NCBI GenBank assembly: GCA_965203295.1
Contig: CBDBCZ010000018.1
Coordinates: 2,400,001-2,464,000 of the forward strand
Direction: 5' to 3'
DNA from: Nitrospirales bacterium
GTDB taxonomy: Bacteria; Nitrospirota; Nitrospiria; Nitrospirales; UBA8639
Length of the DNA stretch: 64,000 bases
Made by a program: the position numbers and the translations under genes. Positions 1-12,245 of this stretch are shown here, one piece after another (position 1 is the first letter of the stretch; each line of letters begins with the position of its first letter). The notes beneath the pieces are model-generated. The model was not told the DNA's origin, ran no database searches, and worked only from the letters and a program-made list of their open reading frames with translations.

Positions 1-80
1 CTGTCAGAGCAACCTACTGAAGACCCTGTAACGTTTGGCAACACGTTCATCCAACCGTTCCTCGTCGCGTACGCTCGCTC

Positions 81-155
81 TAGTCTCGCGGGCAAGACTA
101 ACTTTTCGGGAGTTTTTCCCACGGAGGCGAAAAGTTAGTCTGGCCCGCGAGACTA
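81..155. mobile_element. 75-bp hairpin MITE (TAG...CTA termini, 9-bp target-site duplication), AcademH-like non-autonomous DNA transposon
   Basis: tagtctcgcgggcaagactaacttttcg ... cgaaaagttagtctggcccgcgagacta is a near-perfect inverted repeat, flanked on both sides by cgctcgctc (72-80, 156-164). The family assignment from termini and TSD length is inference. Confidence 0.7.
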
Positions 156-298
156 CGCTCGCTCCTAGCGAGCCCCGCCCCCATTCCTAAATTGCTCTCG
201 TGATTGGTACATGTGAGTCTTGCCCAGCCACGTCGCCTTATATCTAGCTATAATAGCTAGCTCAAGTTATGTCCTTCATCTTGGATACCTAGCTCCAG

Positions 299-526
299 GC
301 AGCCAGGAAAAGCCATCTTATAAGGCAAAAATTCGGGAAGACTTCCTCGGTGCCTTATTCCGTGTGTTGGACGAGCTAAGCGGGCTTTCCGAGACTCTAC
401 AGATTTCCCATGAGATCGCGCACGATGTTTTGAAGTGCTCTGCATGCGACGAGACGGTCCTGACGATACTGGGGGTGAAGTGTCTAGACGAGGCTATGTA
501 CCAACAGGCACAGCACTTTCTCCAGG
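299..526 (+). CDS. possible coding exon of an unidentified gene
   Basis: Open frame ...IREDFLGALFRVLDELSGL...LDEAMYQQAQHFLQ ends at CAG|gtacgc (donor), with a candidate acceptor ctccag at 293-298. No partner exons identified. Confidence 0.25.
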
Positions 527-576
527 TACGCGGTGGAAAAGAAATTTACCCGTGCTCTAATCACATGCTATTTTAC

Positions 577-1128
577 TAGTCTCTCGGGCTAGAGTATTTT
601 AACGAGGGAGGAGTGTAGTCTGGTGACTATTGCCGCAGTTCCGTTCCTTTATGCAAATTATGTAACTAGGTCTACTGTAGGACGTCACATAAGGGAGTGT
701 ATAGTACTTTATAGCGAAAAGCACGCTATGTCGTTAGTCTTGCAAGCCAGTTGATCTCGCGAAAGTTGATCTTGTGTATAACAGAGTTTCTTACCTTTTA
801 AACTTAACATGAAACACTAGCAAGTAGCATAGAGACTTACCGCTACACGGAAGGCTCACAACACGTCTCTCCCTTGTACAAATCACTTGACCACTGTAAT
901 TCCAGCTTTGGACGTAGCTGCATGAGTGTATTCGAAAAGCTTTATAGCTTTAGATTGCAGCACAAACTCGGCTCTTAGAATAGCAGCAGACATCTTGGTC
1001 ATGTGACTACTCACCAACATTAATTTTCTTCCAACATTTTGGCGGATGCAACGAAATGTTGGCAATAGTCACCAGACGATACTCCCCCCTCCCCCCCCCC
1101 AGAAAAATAATTGTCTGGCCTACGTTTA
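577..1128. mobile_element. degenerate TIR element related to the hairpin MITE at 81-155
   Basis: gtctggtgactattgcc (~619-635) is inverted to ggcaatagtcaccagac (~1061-1077). Left end starts tagtctctcggg. No clear TSD. Confidence 0.5.
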
Positions 1129-2026
1129 CCCATAGATAATATAGACTCCGGGATGTTATGGAGTCTATATTAACTATAGATTACCCCTATAGACAGGAGT
1201 GCGAGGTAAATGGTTGTTGAACTTGTTTTATTGAGGGTAGCTAGCTCCATAATGTTGCTACTATACCACATGGACCTAGCAAATACCCGAATTTAATTAC
1301 TCTCTATTTAACACCCTTTGTGACGTTAGGGTTGGGGTTGCAGTTAGGCAACATTCAGTAGGAGTTAATTTCCATATTTCTGGTACAATACAGCATAATC
1401 CACTCTGGAGTAGCAGTTACACACGTTTTAGCAGTAGTGATGCACTTAATTTTCCCTTCATAGAAAATGTGGCACTCAAACTTCTGATATTCTGGTATTA
1501 TTTGAAGGTTTACCTCTCATAGTAGGTCCCATGTTTGTAAAGGTCTAGTTTGAATCCTAGCTGCTTTTCTTTTACAAACGTAGGGGCCAGTGATCATTCT
1601 TGCATACAGTGCCATCACATCTACCTGTATCCCGTACTGTCTTACTACTATCGCCCCCTGAAGGTGTTTTGTGCTAGTGATGAAAATATTCAATCTATAC
1701 AGCTTGAGGAAGTTGAAAGGGCAATAGGGGTTTGATAGGAGGAAAGTCTGAACAAAGAGCAAACTTTTAAATTACAAAAAACACCCATATCGACCTCCCT
1801 ATAAAGAACATCCACGCACATACTACCTCACAACACTCACAAAACTTCACAACACTCAACCACACATCTCCGAATACTCCCAGACCCTTTTTTATACAAA
1901 CACCGCCTTAACCATTCACTTGTCCAACATTTACACAATCAACTCTTTCACATACCTTCCACAACCACCAACACACTCACACATTAGCTACACATATACA
2001 CACACATTACAAATTACACTACCACT

Positions 2027-2210
2027 GGTTGGAAAGATGTAGGGATGGTAGGTACGCGGTAAATGCATCACACTGTGATGTGTGGGTAGTCTGTGCATGC
2101 CTCCTGAATGCATTGTTGCTTGTTCCATTGGTTTTTGGGGAAGTGTTTTTTTTGGTGGAAGTGCATCCGTACATGACTGGTTTTGCACTTTTTTGAAAGT
2201 GCTTTTTTCA
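2027..2210 (+). repeat. dispersed ~180-bp repeat, copy 1 (others at 10441-10599 minus and 11438-11620 plus)
   Basis: gttggaaagatgtagggatggtaggtacgc...ggtggaagtgcatcc...tttttgcacttttt is shared by three loci. Confidence 0.8.
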
Positions 2211-2269
2211 TTATTGCCTTGTTATGTGTACTCTAAGTTTTCTAGTGCTGAATGTGGCGGTTTACCTCA

Positions 2270-3490
2270 GAAAACAGCAGTTGAAAAGCACAGCCTCAAT
2301 ACTAAAACTTAAGGATAACTAATGGAGAAACACCAATAAATTTGAGAAAGGCAGCCTAAATACTAAAACTGAAGACTAACAGACAAAAACTAATACATTT
2401 GATAAACACGGCATAAATACTAAAATTCAAGACTAACTAATGCACAGACACTAATTCAGTCAAAAAACAGGGCCTCAATACTAAAATGCAAGACTAACTA
2501 AATGGCAGACAGTAATAAAGTCGAGAAAGGCGGCCTGAATATTAAAACTCAAGACAAACTGACAAACAGACTCTCATACAGTCAATAAACATGGCTTAAA
2601 TACAAAAACTCAAGGCTAACTAACAGGCAGAGACTTACGCATGCCAGCGACACGGCTTAAATACTGAAACTGCTAACTAACTAACCCATAGACACTAATA
2701 CTGTTGAGGAACACAGCCTAAATAGTAAACTTCAAGACTACCTAACAGACACACTATTACAATCAAAAAAGGCGGCCTAAATATTGAAACTCAAGACTAG
2801 CTAACAGATAGACGGACAGACATAATACAGTCGAGAAACATAGCCTAAATACTAAAACTCAAAACTAACTAACAGACAACCTCTAATACAGTTGAGAAAC
2901 ATGGCCTAAATAGTGGAACTCGAGACGAAATAATAGACAAACGCATGCCAGAAACATGGCCTAAAAACTAAAACGCAAAACTAACTAGTAGACAGGCACT
3001 AATACAGTCGATATACACGAAGTTATTACTAAAACTCATAACTAAAGAACAGACAGACTTTAATACAGTCGAGAAACACGGCTTAAAAACTAGAACTGAA
3101 GACTAACAGGCAGACAGACACTAATACAGTCGAGAAACAATTGCTAAGTACTAAAACTCAAGACTAACTAACAGACAGGCACTAATACAGCCAAAAAACA
3201 TGGCTTAGATACAAGACTAGTTAACAGACAGAGAATATGCATGCCAGAAACTAGGCCTAAAAACTACAACTGCAAACTAAGAAGCAGACGCTAATACGAT
3301 CGGGAAACACAGCCTAAGACTAAAACTTAGAACTAACTAACAGACATGCACTACTACATTCAAGAAACACGGCTTAGGTGCTAATACTCAAAACTAACGA
3401 ACAGACAGACTAATACAATCGACAAACACGGCCTAACTCAAGACTACACGGTACTAAAACTCAAGACTACCTCACAGACTGACAGACGCT
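2270..3490. repeat. ~62-bp tandem minisatellite, about 19-20 diverged copies
   Basis: Recurring unit aatactaaaactcaagactaactaacagacagacactaatacagtcgagaaacacggccta. Confidence 0.9.
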
Positions 3491-4587
3491 AATAGAGTAA
3501 GCCACTGTTGGTCTGCCACCAGGTATATTCGGACGTGGTAGCGCCGAGTGTGTAAATTACTGGAAGTGGGCAGGATAGTACAAACCCTTCGCACTTTAAG
3601 TTGAAGTTTGGTGTTCCTCCATTGCTTGGTTCTGGAGCTACATGTATAGCCTTCCAAATTTAAATTCGGGCAAAGCTATGATTGGGCAAATCTATATATT
3701 GTCGGTCTCTATTCCGTGTTTCCTCCCTGAAGCAATTTTCAGTGTTCTTTCTTTATTATTGGGAAGCCCCAGTACCATGCTGCCGCACGCCAACCTTTCG
3801 CCATAGTAGCTGCTTTGAGCACAGGGGGTGCTGCTGAATGTATGGCTGTGTCACAATCTCTATAATCGGACAGTGGATTTCGAGTTTTTTCTGTGTATAG
3901 ACCCCATAACACTCTGTAGCGCTAGCATTTGGATATTGTTGTAAAGTACAGGTACTTAGCAGCACAACTGTGCAAGCCCGATGTTTACACGTACGTGCTA
4001 TGGTTCTCAAGATAGAGCTGTTCGCCTTAATGCTGAAGCTTTTAGTGTACGAAATCAGGTAAAGCAGCTCTATCTCGGGAAGGACACGACATCTAAACAT
4101 CAGACTTGCACCGTTGTGTTGCTAAGTGTCTACATTCCCAATGATATCCCAATCTTAGCATTGGAGAGTGTCTTGGGCTCCTTACACGGCAAAAAAAATA
4201 ATCCACTGTCCGATTATGGAGAGGGTGACATGGCTCTACATTCAACAGCACTCCTCTGTGCTCAAAGCAGCAACGATGGCGAAAGGTTGGTGTGTGGCAG
4301 CTTGGTAGTGGGGCTTCCCAATAATGAAGAGAGATCACCGAAAGTTGCTTCAGGGAGAAAATGCAAAATGGAGGCCAGCAATACATACATTTGCCCAATC
4401 ATAGCGGTGTCCCGAATTTAAAGTTTGCTATAGCTCCAGAACCAAGCCATAGAAAAACACCAAACTTTCAACTCGAAGTGTGAAAGGGTCTTTACTATCG
4501 ATTGAAGGCCCCGCCCACTACGGGTAATTTGCACGCTCGGTGCACCAGGGGGTGGCTGGTCATCAGTAGCTTACTCTACAGTCTGCA
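3483..4587. repeat. ~1.1-kb imperfect palindrome (foldback) centred near 4040
   Basis: Matching inverted blocks include cttggttctggagcta / tagctccagaaccaag, gctatgattgggcaaat / atttgcccaatcatagc, ttattgggaagcccc / ggggcttcccaataa, ataatcggacagtggatt / aatccactgtccgattat and gatagagctg / cagctctatc. Confidence 0.9.
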
Positions 4588-7297
4588 CGATGCCGTCGAT
4601 AATTACGTGATCACTTCCGGTTTAACCAGACGTATTGTAATGTATGGTAGCTGTAAGCGTTGGAAGGGCAGCTACTTTGCACGGCTATATCTCAAAGTGT
4701 ATTTGGTTTCTGTGATTGAGTGTTGCAGATGTTGTAACAGGTTTGTTGAAGTCTACAAAGACAGAGTGACCAGTTGGGACCGCGCTCCCGAAATGATGCC
4801 TGGACCACCACCACATCGCCGTCCACTATCGCGCCTACCAACTTTGAATTTTGGGAAAACTTGGAGCCAAGCGGTTCAGCAGAGCTATTCTTTCTGTACA
4901 GCTATATTACCTTCCTGTCTACTATATATGTAGTTATCATTACCTGTGTACAAGTATTCTTGCAAATATGAAGCGCTAAACTTCGAAAAAAGTGCCACGA
5001 TTTGCACGCTCGTAACTCAGCCCAAGTACGAGCTGTGAACTAGCAGCAAACGGCAGAGCTTTCCTCTACTTTAGGTACGCATGCCTTAAAAACTTCTTTG
5101 CCCTACTACTTACCGTTTCTGAGATGAGTCCGCGTTTACCACCACGGTGGCAGCGAAATTAGTCTCTGGTCCATTTTCGATTTTTGGGAAAACTTGGAGC
5201 CAAGTGAGTGATTTCCGTGAAACTTGCACAACATGCACATGAGTTTGCATCAGTGTAATGCCTACCGGATATCTGCCTTTGCTTCAGAAACACGGTAAGA
5301 TAAAAAATAGACTTCAGCTCTTCCACACGCTGCAGCAGGGTGAGTTACGTAACATCATGCAATCATACGTCTGATGTAGCGTTGTGTAAACCCACTAATT
5401 AATTTACCCATGTAAGCGTACATGGCTTCTTGCACTCAGGTGACACACCTCTTTTACCAACGGCATCGTGCTGACTGTCTAGTGAGTAATCCTTGAATTG
5501 TAAATGAAGTTTGGTGTTTGTGTGTATAAATAAAGTTGGAGTGAATTGATGATTGTATCTGTGGTTGTTAATTGTAGTGATATGAATCAAATCTAAGAGA
5601 AATATATCGAAGTGACAAGCAGCGTTAGTCTGCAACAATCTTTAAGCTCCTCTTTGACAGTGGAAGGGAAGAGAACTTCCCATCAGTACCTGATTGCTTG
5701 CACATTGTACACGTATCGACACGTCTTATATGGGGTCCTCACTTTCACAAAATACGTAAATTACAGCATTTCCATGAACTACACAAGTGAAAATCTATTG
5801 TACCACAGTTACAAGTTTCTGTTCTATATATACTATGTGTCTTGGAGAATGGTCCATAAAGTACTAGTCAATGCCTCAGTATCTAATTGGCTAAATGCAA
5901 AAAATTTAATGTTGGGGCTAACATGACTGCATGTGATTGTATTTGGGGCTCAGTTGATATATAGCTCTGTACATACACTAAATGAAATGTTACAGTTTTA
6001 GAGACCTCTAACAATCCTCTAAGCATGTGTTGGTGTACATTAAGAGATTCTAATCCCTTCAGGTACTCCATATCCTTCCTCTTCAGGTTCTTCCTCACTT
6101 AGAACAGTTTGAGTGTATCTACCTCTGGCTGGGAAGTGATGTCCAGTCCAGGCAAGCTGCAGCACAGTTGCTAAGAAGCTTAATGCCGACCGGTGTTATC
6201 TGGTCTGGTGAGTCCATCAGGAGTCATACATGTAGCTCTCTTCATGAGGGTGCTGAGTAGCTACATGCACTTGTTCGTGTGTAGTCATAAACGTATGTAC
6301 ATTCAAATATGCATATGCATTAAGTTACTTGAATGACGATATGTGAATGGATTCATGAAAACCCGGCAGGTTGGTACTCCCTTTTTTAAAATACTTTTAC
6401 TGTCATGTATCTCAATGTCTTTGGTCATTACCTTTAATAACGTCAACCGCAGCTTGTTAGAAATTTACCGCTCAATCTGTTTCCAAGGTATTTGCCTTGG
6501 TACCACCGATGTTTTCGGGTGTTGCTGTGTTATGAATGGTCCCGTGTCTCCCTTGTGATGGTGCTTTACAGAAATGCGACCATGCTTCACAAATAGGGTC
6601 ACACATATAATGCACATGTATTTTATCTTCAGCAGTTGCTAACCTGAATGGTCCATCTCCTTCCCTGTACCCCTTGCAGTTCAACGGAGGATCAAGGGAA
6701 CATACCCACTGCTCTGCAACTCTGAACAGAGACCTTAACTTAAAAGCTGCTATAACATCAGCTACACCTTTCACACACAAGAAGATCTTAACATTTCAGC
6801 AGGTATGTGTTTCCCTATTGAGGCTACACTGCCTAATCATGTGGCAGAGCTTATCCTCATTTGTAGGTACTGTACTCCTGTAGTTATTGCTGAACAAAAT
6901 GAGGCCCAATAATGGATCTCAGCTAGTTGTTGTTTAATTATCAATCAAATTGGAGTGCACACCTATGGTAGACGAACAGAGTTGTGGGTGTAAGTGGGGC
7001 AGGTGAAAGAAGCAGATATAGTGATGTACTGCTTTGGCGTACATCTTTTTCTCAGAAAGCTTATCATCTCTTGAAGAGTCTGCAATGTGACTACTTAGTT
7101 TTCAGTTCTGTATCTTTGGTGGTTTAAGGCAGACTGATCCAGGCTAAGTTTGGATGTAGCAATCTTATTGTGGTTGAGATGGGGGAGAGGCCTAATGAGA
7201 GAGTAATTAAGCTGGAAATTAGCAGGGTCCTACTGGCAAGTACTACTAGCGGGTTTAGTGGCTATATAAAGCTTGCCTACTGCTCCTCTGTGGAGGG

Positions 7298-7370
7298 GAT
7301 CCAGTAGCTCAGTGGTAAGAGCATTTGACTAGCATTCAGAAGGTCCTGCATTCAATCCCCAGTTGGGTCC
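7298..7370 (+). tRNA. tRNA-Ala(AGC)-like sequence, probably a pseudogene or SINE head
   Basis: Acceptor gatccag/ttgggtc, D-arm tagctcagtggtaagagc, anticodon arm tttga-ctAGCat-tcaga. The T-arm is damaged (ctgca ttcaatc cccag; GTTC box reads ATTC). Confidence 0.6.
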
Positions 7371-7904
7371 CGTTGATTTCTTTACTCTCTTAGAAAGCTT
7401 CTCCTAGGTAGCTAAATAGTAGTGAGATAGATCAGAGGTCAGCCTTATTGTGATATACGTGAGTCATGCATAGGCTGATGGATATTAGAGTATCTATACT
7501 GTCAAATAATTATGTTCATGGTGTCTATGTTTTTCCAGTAGTGGGCATGGATGTATGTATTAACTGTGTCCATCAGTGGACATGGAGGGTGCGTTTTCCA
7601 TAGATCAACAAGCAAATGTATATGCCTTATTTTCAGCATGTGTTCCTCCGATGCTGCAGTTGTTACCCACTCTACAGAATAGAGCTACTTAATCTGTCTT
7701 CTGCATTCACGCACACATGCACACTCACGCACACACACATACAATTGCACAATCATGCATATTCACTTGCACCTTACATGCATGCATGTAGTTGAGAGAG
7801 GAGGTATATGGAGAACTAAGCAATGCAAATGAAATTGCTGGAGTAAAGGTACATAACTGCATGTGTGGCCATTGCTTTGTTTCCACACACTCAAAATTTT
7901 TTTT

Positions 7905-8510
7905 GCATGTGTGCAAACTTGTGTATAACTGTTTACTCATGTATACGAATGTAGATATCCGTGAATACCTCTTTGTGCATTTGTATGCTTGTGTATACCT
8001 GTGTAAACATGTGTATACTTGTGTATACTTGTGTAAACCCTTGTATACTTGTGTATACCCGTGTAAACTTGTGAATACCTGGTAATGCTAGTTTATACCC
8101 GTGTAAGCCTTTGTATACCTGTGTTTACTCATGTGTACAGGTGTAGATACCTGTGTATACTTCTTTATACCTGTGTATACTTGTATAAAATGTGTATACA
8201 TGTGCATACGTGTGTATACCCGCGTATACTTGTGTATACCTGTGTTTACTCATGTATGCAAATATAGATCCTGTTATACCTGTGTATATACTTGTGTATA
8301 CATGTGTGTACATGTGCATACGTGTGTATACCTGCATGTACTTGTGTATACCTGTGTTTACTCGTGTATGCAAATGTAGATACTCGTGTATACCTTTGTG
8401 TACTTGAGAACACCTGTGTATACATTTGCATACTTGTGTATACCCTCGTATATTTGTGTATTCCTGTTTACTCGTGCATACAAATGTAGATACTAGTGTA
8501 CACCTCTATT
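7905..8510. repeat. GTGTATAC-type satellite island
   Basis: 10-bp subrepeat tgtgtatac(c/t) within a ~120-bp unit containing tttactcgtgtatacaaatgtagatac. Confidence 0.9.
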
Positions 8511-9158
8511 TATTATATACTGCCAGGTGTACTAACAATATTTTCCTATAGACCGGATAGGGTTAGGGTTACCCCGTATTGCCTACCCGTTATTGCCTTT
8601 TGCGTGGGCAGAGCGCGTGCACGTTTAGTCTACAGTAAAAATTTACAGTGAAGTTATACTTTATTGAAGCAATGGAAGCTACTCAGCTACAAAAAGCTGG
8701 CGAAAGGAATGCTTCTGTCGTAGAGGAGCCGTCTAAGTGAAAAAGAAGTGAAAGGGTAGGTCATAGTGTCGTTCAGTGACCCCTCCCACTCGTCCCACCA
8801 GCCGATTTTTATTGTTGAGTAGCTCTCCAAGATAAATAAAGTTAATCTAGCCTACAGTTGCAAGCCTTTTTCTCTTTCGTAGTTTGTAAGAGCTATTTTG
8901 CCCTTTGCTATACGTTGCTGCTGTGTATCCAATCGTCCTTTACGTTACGGTAGGCGTGGCTTTGTTTGGCAGTGAGTTTGTCAACCTAGATATATGTATA
9001 TTATTACACTCGGGAGAGGATAATATGGCTAGGCATGGCTAGGCATTGCACTCTTGTGTAGTATTTTCCCTCGCCTTCGGCTCGAAGAAAATACCTACAC
9101 ACTCGTGCAATACCTAGCCATAGTACCCTCTCACTCATGTAATAATATACATATATCT
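8510..9158. mobile_element. non-autonomous element ending in a 170-bp palindrome (8988-9158), inserted in the satellite island; Crypton-like (inferred)
   Basis: Unique sequence interrupts the satellite. agatatatgtatattattaca...tgtaataatatacatatatct inverted repeat with central ctcgccttcggctcg. Confidence 0.55.
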
Positions 9159-9702
9159 GTGCATACTTGTGTGTATCTGTATATACATGTACATACGTGT
9201 GTATACCCACGTATACTTGTGTATACATGTGTTTACTTGTGTATACAGATGTAGTAAACCGTGTATACTTGTTTACACTTGTGTATACCACGTGTATATA
9301 TGTGCATACGTGTGTATACCTACATATGCGTATGTATACAAATGTAGATACACATATATACCTCTTTATACCTGTGTATACCTGTCTATACCTTTGTATA
9401 CATGTGCATACGTATGTATAACCATTTATCCTTGTGTATACCTGTGTTTACTCGTGTATACAGGTGTAGATACCCGTTTATACCTCTTTACACTAGTGTA
9501 TACTTGTGTATACCTGTGTATACATCTGCATACATGTGTATACTCACGTAGACTTGTTTGTTTATACCTGTGTTTACTTGTGAATGCAAGAGTATATACT
9601 CGTGTATACCTCTTTATACTAGAGTATACTTATGTGTATCTGTGTATACAGTGCATACGTCTGTATACCCACGTACACTTGTGTATACCTGTGTTTACTC
9701 GT
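9159..9702. repeat. GTGTATAC-type satellite island (continuation)
   Basis: Same ~122-bp unit as at 7.9 kb and 41-55 kb. Confidence 0.9.
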
Positions 9703-10440
9703 TGTAGCGGACCGAGCTCTACTTTTCGACACCAAAACCAGATACTGATGGAGGACTAAAGACAAACACTGTACAATAACCAACACTTAAGTACTGAAGA
9801 GCCTAGCAATGGAAATCACACCTACTACAACAGAGACAAACAAAATACCTAACACTAGCACCTATTAACAGTACTTCACACTAACTACACATCAATAGAA
9901 CACACATAGTGACACAGTTAACAGTCCGTTACACCTCTCACTCCTTCTCCGGCAGCAAACTAGTTTGCTGAAACAGGTGCAGCCTCTTCTGAACTCTTTG
10001 GTGGCACTTCTGCTCCTTTGCTTCTCGTGGGCTCTATTCGATCTTTCTTCCTTGTGCAGCTCTCTGTAGACTCTTCCGAGTTCTCGTAGCACTCTCTAAT
10101 CTGCGATACTCTCCAGTTCTCCGCTTCTTCACGTAGCGACCCCAGCCCGGTAACACATACACACGGTACGGGTACATGTGCACACACTCTCAGCGGTACA
10201 CTACACGGGGCGACACCCACTTTCCGTAACGGCTTCTCTCGACATAACGCACGGCCCCAAACGCTTGGCAACACATGCCCTCTGCGCTCTCCTTCCAGCA
10301 ACTCCACGTATAGGCGTCCACACATAGGCGGTCCTCCTGACCCCTCTGACACCTGCTTTCGCCCCTCAGCGATCCTATCTCTCTCTCAGGCACTCCTTGC
10401 CCTCTTGCGGCCCTCGCTCCTAGCGACCTTTGCACTCTTG
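9703..10440 (-). mobile_element. 3' LTR (9703-10351, ~650 bp) with polypurine tract from a truncated LTR retrotransposon
   Basis: Minus strand begins TGTCAG at 10351 and ends GCTACA at 9703. It is immediately preceded by purine-rich gagagagagataggatcgctgaggggcgaaagcagg and joins the satellite abruptly. Confidence 0.5.
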
Positions 10441-10779
10441 GCAAAAACCACTCATTTAGGGATGCACTTCCACCAAAAAACAATTCACCAAAAACCAACG
10501 AAACAAGCGACAATGCACACTGGAAGGCATGCAGACTACCCACACATCACAGCGCAATGCATTTACTGCGTACCTACCATCCCTACATCTTTCCAACCAC
10601 ACCTGTCCAATGTTGAGAATGTGAGATGTGAATAGTGGTAGTGTAAATTGCTGTGTGTGTGCATGCGCTGGTAATGAGAGGTACCCCTGAATTGAGGATA
10701 CCCCTCTATACAGGGTGCTTGATTAGGTCCTCAAGGTGTCGACAATATGGGGTTCCAGTGTAGTATAATTTGTTTTGGG

Positions 10780-11440
10780 TGTAAAGATGTGTTGGTAATG
10801 GGTGCATATATTATAATGAATTGTATATTATGGTGTTTGCATAGAGGCTTTGGAGAAGTATGGTTGAGTGCTGTGAAGTTATGCGAGTGTGTTGAAAGTC
10901 AGTTTGTGAGTGGATGTTCTTTGTAGGGGAGGTGAATGTGGGTGCATTTGGTAAAGTGTGGGTCGGGTGTTGTGAAGTTAATTGAATGTATTGTAGGGTG
11001 GTTGATGTGGGTATTGTGTGTTGGTATGTTGTGATGGGAGCAGTGTTGCTGTGAAAGTCTGAAGGGGAGGACAATGTGGGTGTGTTTGGTATGGTGTCGG
11101 TAGGGTGTTGGTAACTTTGGAATGTGTGTAACATGGTAGTTGATGTGGGTTGTATTGTGTGGTTGTGTGTGTTGGTGAGTGTGGCTTGGTTTGTGCTTGT
11201 GAGTGTGGGGTTGGTGAGCGGAGTGTGTTTTCTGGGGAATAATATTATGTTGCTATGAAGGTTTAGGCTGGTTGTATTGTGGGGTGCGTTTTGTGTAGTA
11301 TGTGAATATTGTTGTGGATGAGGATGTGAGGGTGGCTGTTGGATGGCAATGTGCTGGCACGTATGGATAAGGATGGAGATGATTGTGGATGGTGAAGGGT
11401 GTTGTGTATGGGGGTGGTACAGTGTGTGGTGGGTGTAGTT
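10780..11440. repeat. GT-rich low-complexity tract
   Basis: Strand-biased G/T composition; the 254-aa H/T/P-rich minus ORF is a compositional artefact. Confidence 0.7.
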
Positions 11441-11629
11441 GGAAAGATGTAGGGATGGTAGGTACGCAGTAAATGCATGGCGCTGTGATGTGTGGGTAGT
11501 CTGTGCATGCCTTCCAGTGTGCATTGTCGCTTGTTTCGTTGGTTTTTGGTGAATTGTTATTTGGTGGAAGTGCATCCCTACATGAGTGGTTTTTGCACTT
11601 TTTGTAAAGTGCTTTTTCTATGTCTTGTT

Positions 11630-12245
11630 TCAGGGTGTTTTTTTGGGAGATGGCATGAAAGGGTATGGAGTGTTGTGGAACATTGATGAGCTGATGTGTG
11701 TAGTACAGGTTTCGTGTGTACTCCAGTCAGCATCAGGAAGGCCTTCGCCCGCATGGGGGGGAAGGTTAAGCCTATACTTGGCACATCTGGCAGCCCTTTT
11801 CTTGTCTGGGCAAGCTTTGTACCTAGCACGCGAGGCAGCCCTTTTCTTCTCAGGATCAGCTTTGTAGCTGGCACGCAAGGCAGCCCTTTTCTTCTCAGGA
11901 TCAGCTTTGTAGCTGGCACGCGAGACTGCTCTAGCAGCTTCCTTTCTGCATTGACGGTTTTGAATCGGTACCGTTCTTTATTCTGGGCCCTCTTTTTCCG
12001 CAAATCACTAGGCTTAGTGCATGCAAAGTACCTTGGAATTCCAAGAAGGTCAGCAACCACATGAGTGGATGGGAGAACCTTGCTTTCAGGCACTTTTACA
12101 CTTCCACTCGAGAACAAAAGGACCGAAAGATCGAAGGTAGACTTTAAATAGACCAACACGTGTTCGCAGGCAGTGTGCGCATGCGCACCATCCTACCGTA
12201 AAATGGCGTGTTAGTGGCAACCGTCCACTCAAGAGTGCTCATTAT
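11630..12245 (-). pseudogene. frameshifted N-terminal fragment with basic 14-aa repeats, probably from a Helitron-type protein
   Basis: 42-bp tandem repeat (~11780-11925) encodes ASYKADPEKKRAASRARYKACPDKKRAAR, continuing across a frameshift from MLVYLKSTFDLSVLLFSSG...KKRAQNKERYR. The Helitron link is inference from this repeat type. Confidence 0.4.

Noticed and set aside
2270..3490. 62-bp periodicity similar to a CRISPR repeat+spacer length
   Set aside because: The whole unit is repeated with scattered divergence; there are no unique spacers.
5400..6900. Gene-like minus-strand sequence with several short ORFs
   Set aside because: No recognisable motif or consistent exon chain; possibly a decayed gene or element.
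10811..11575. 254-aa H/T/P-rich ORF
   Set aside because: It is a low-complexity GT-rich tract with no coding evidence.
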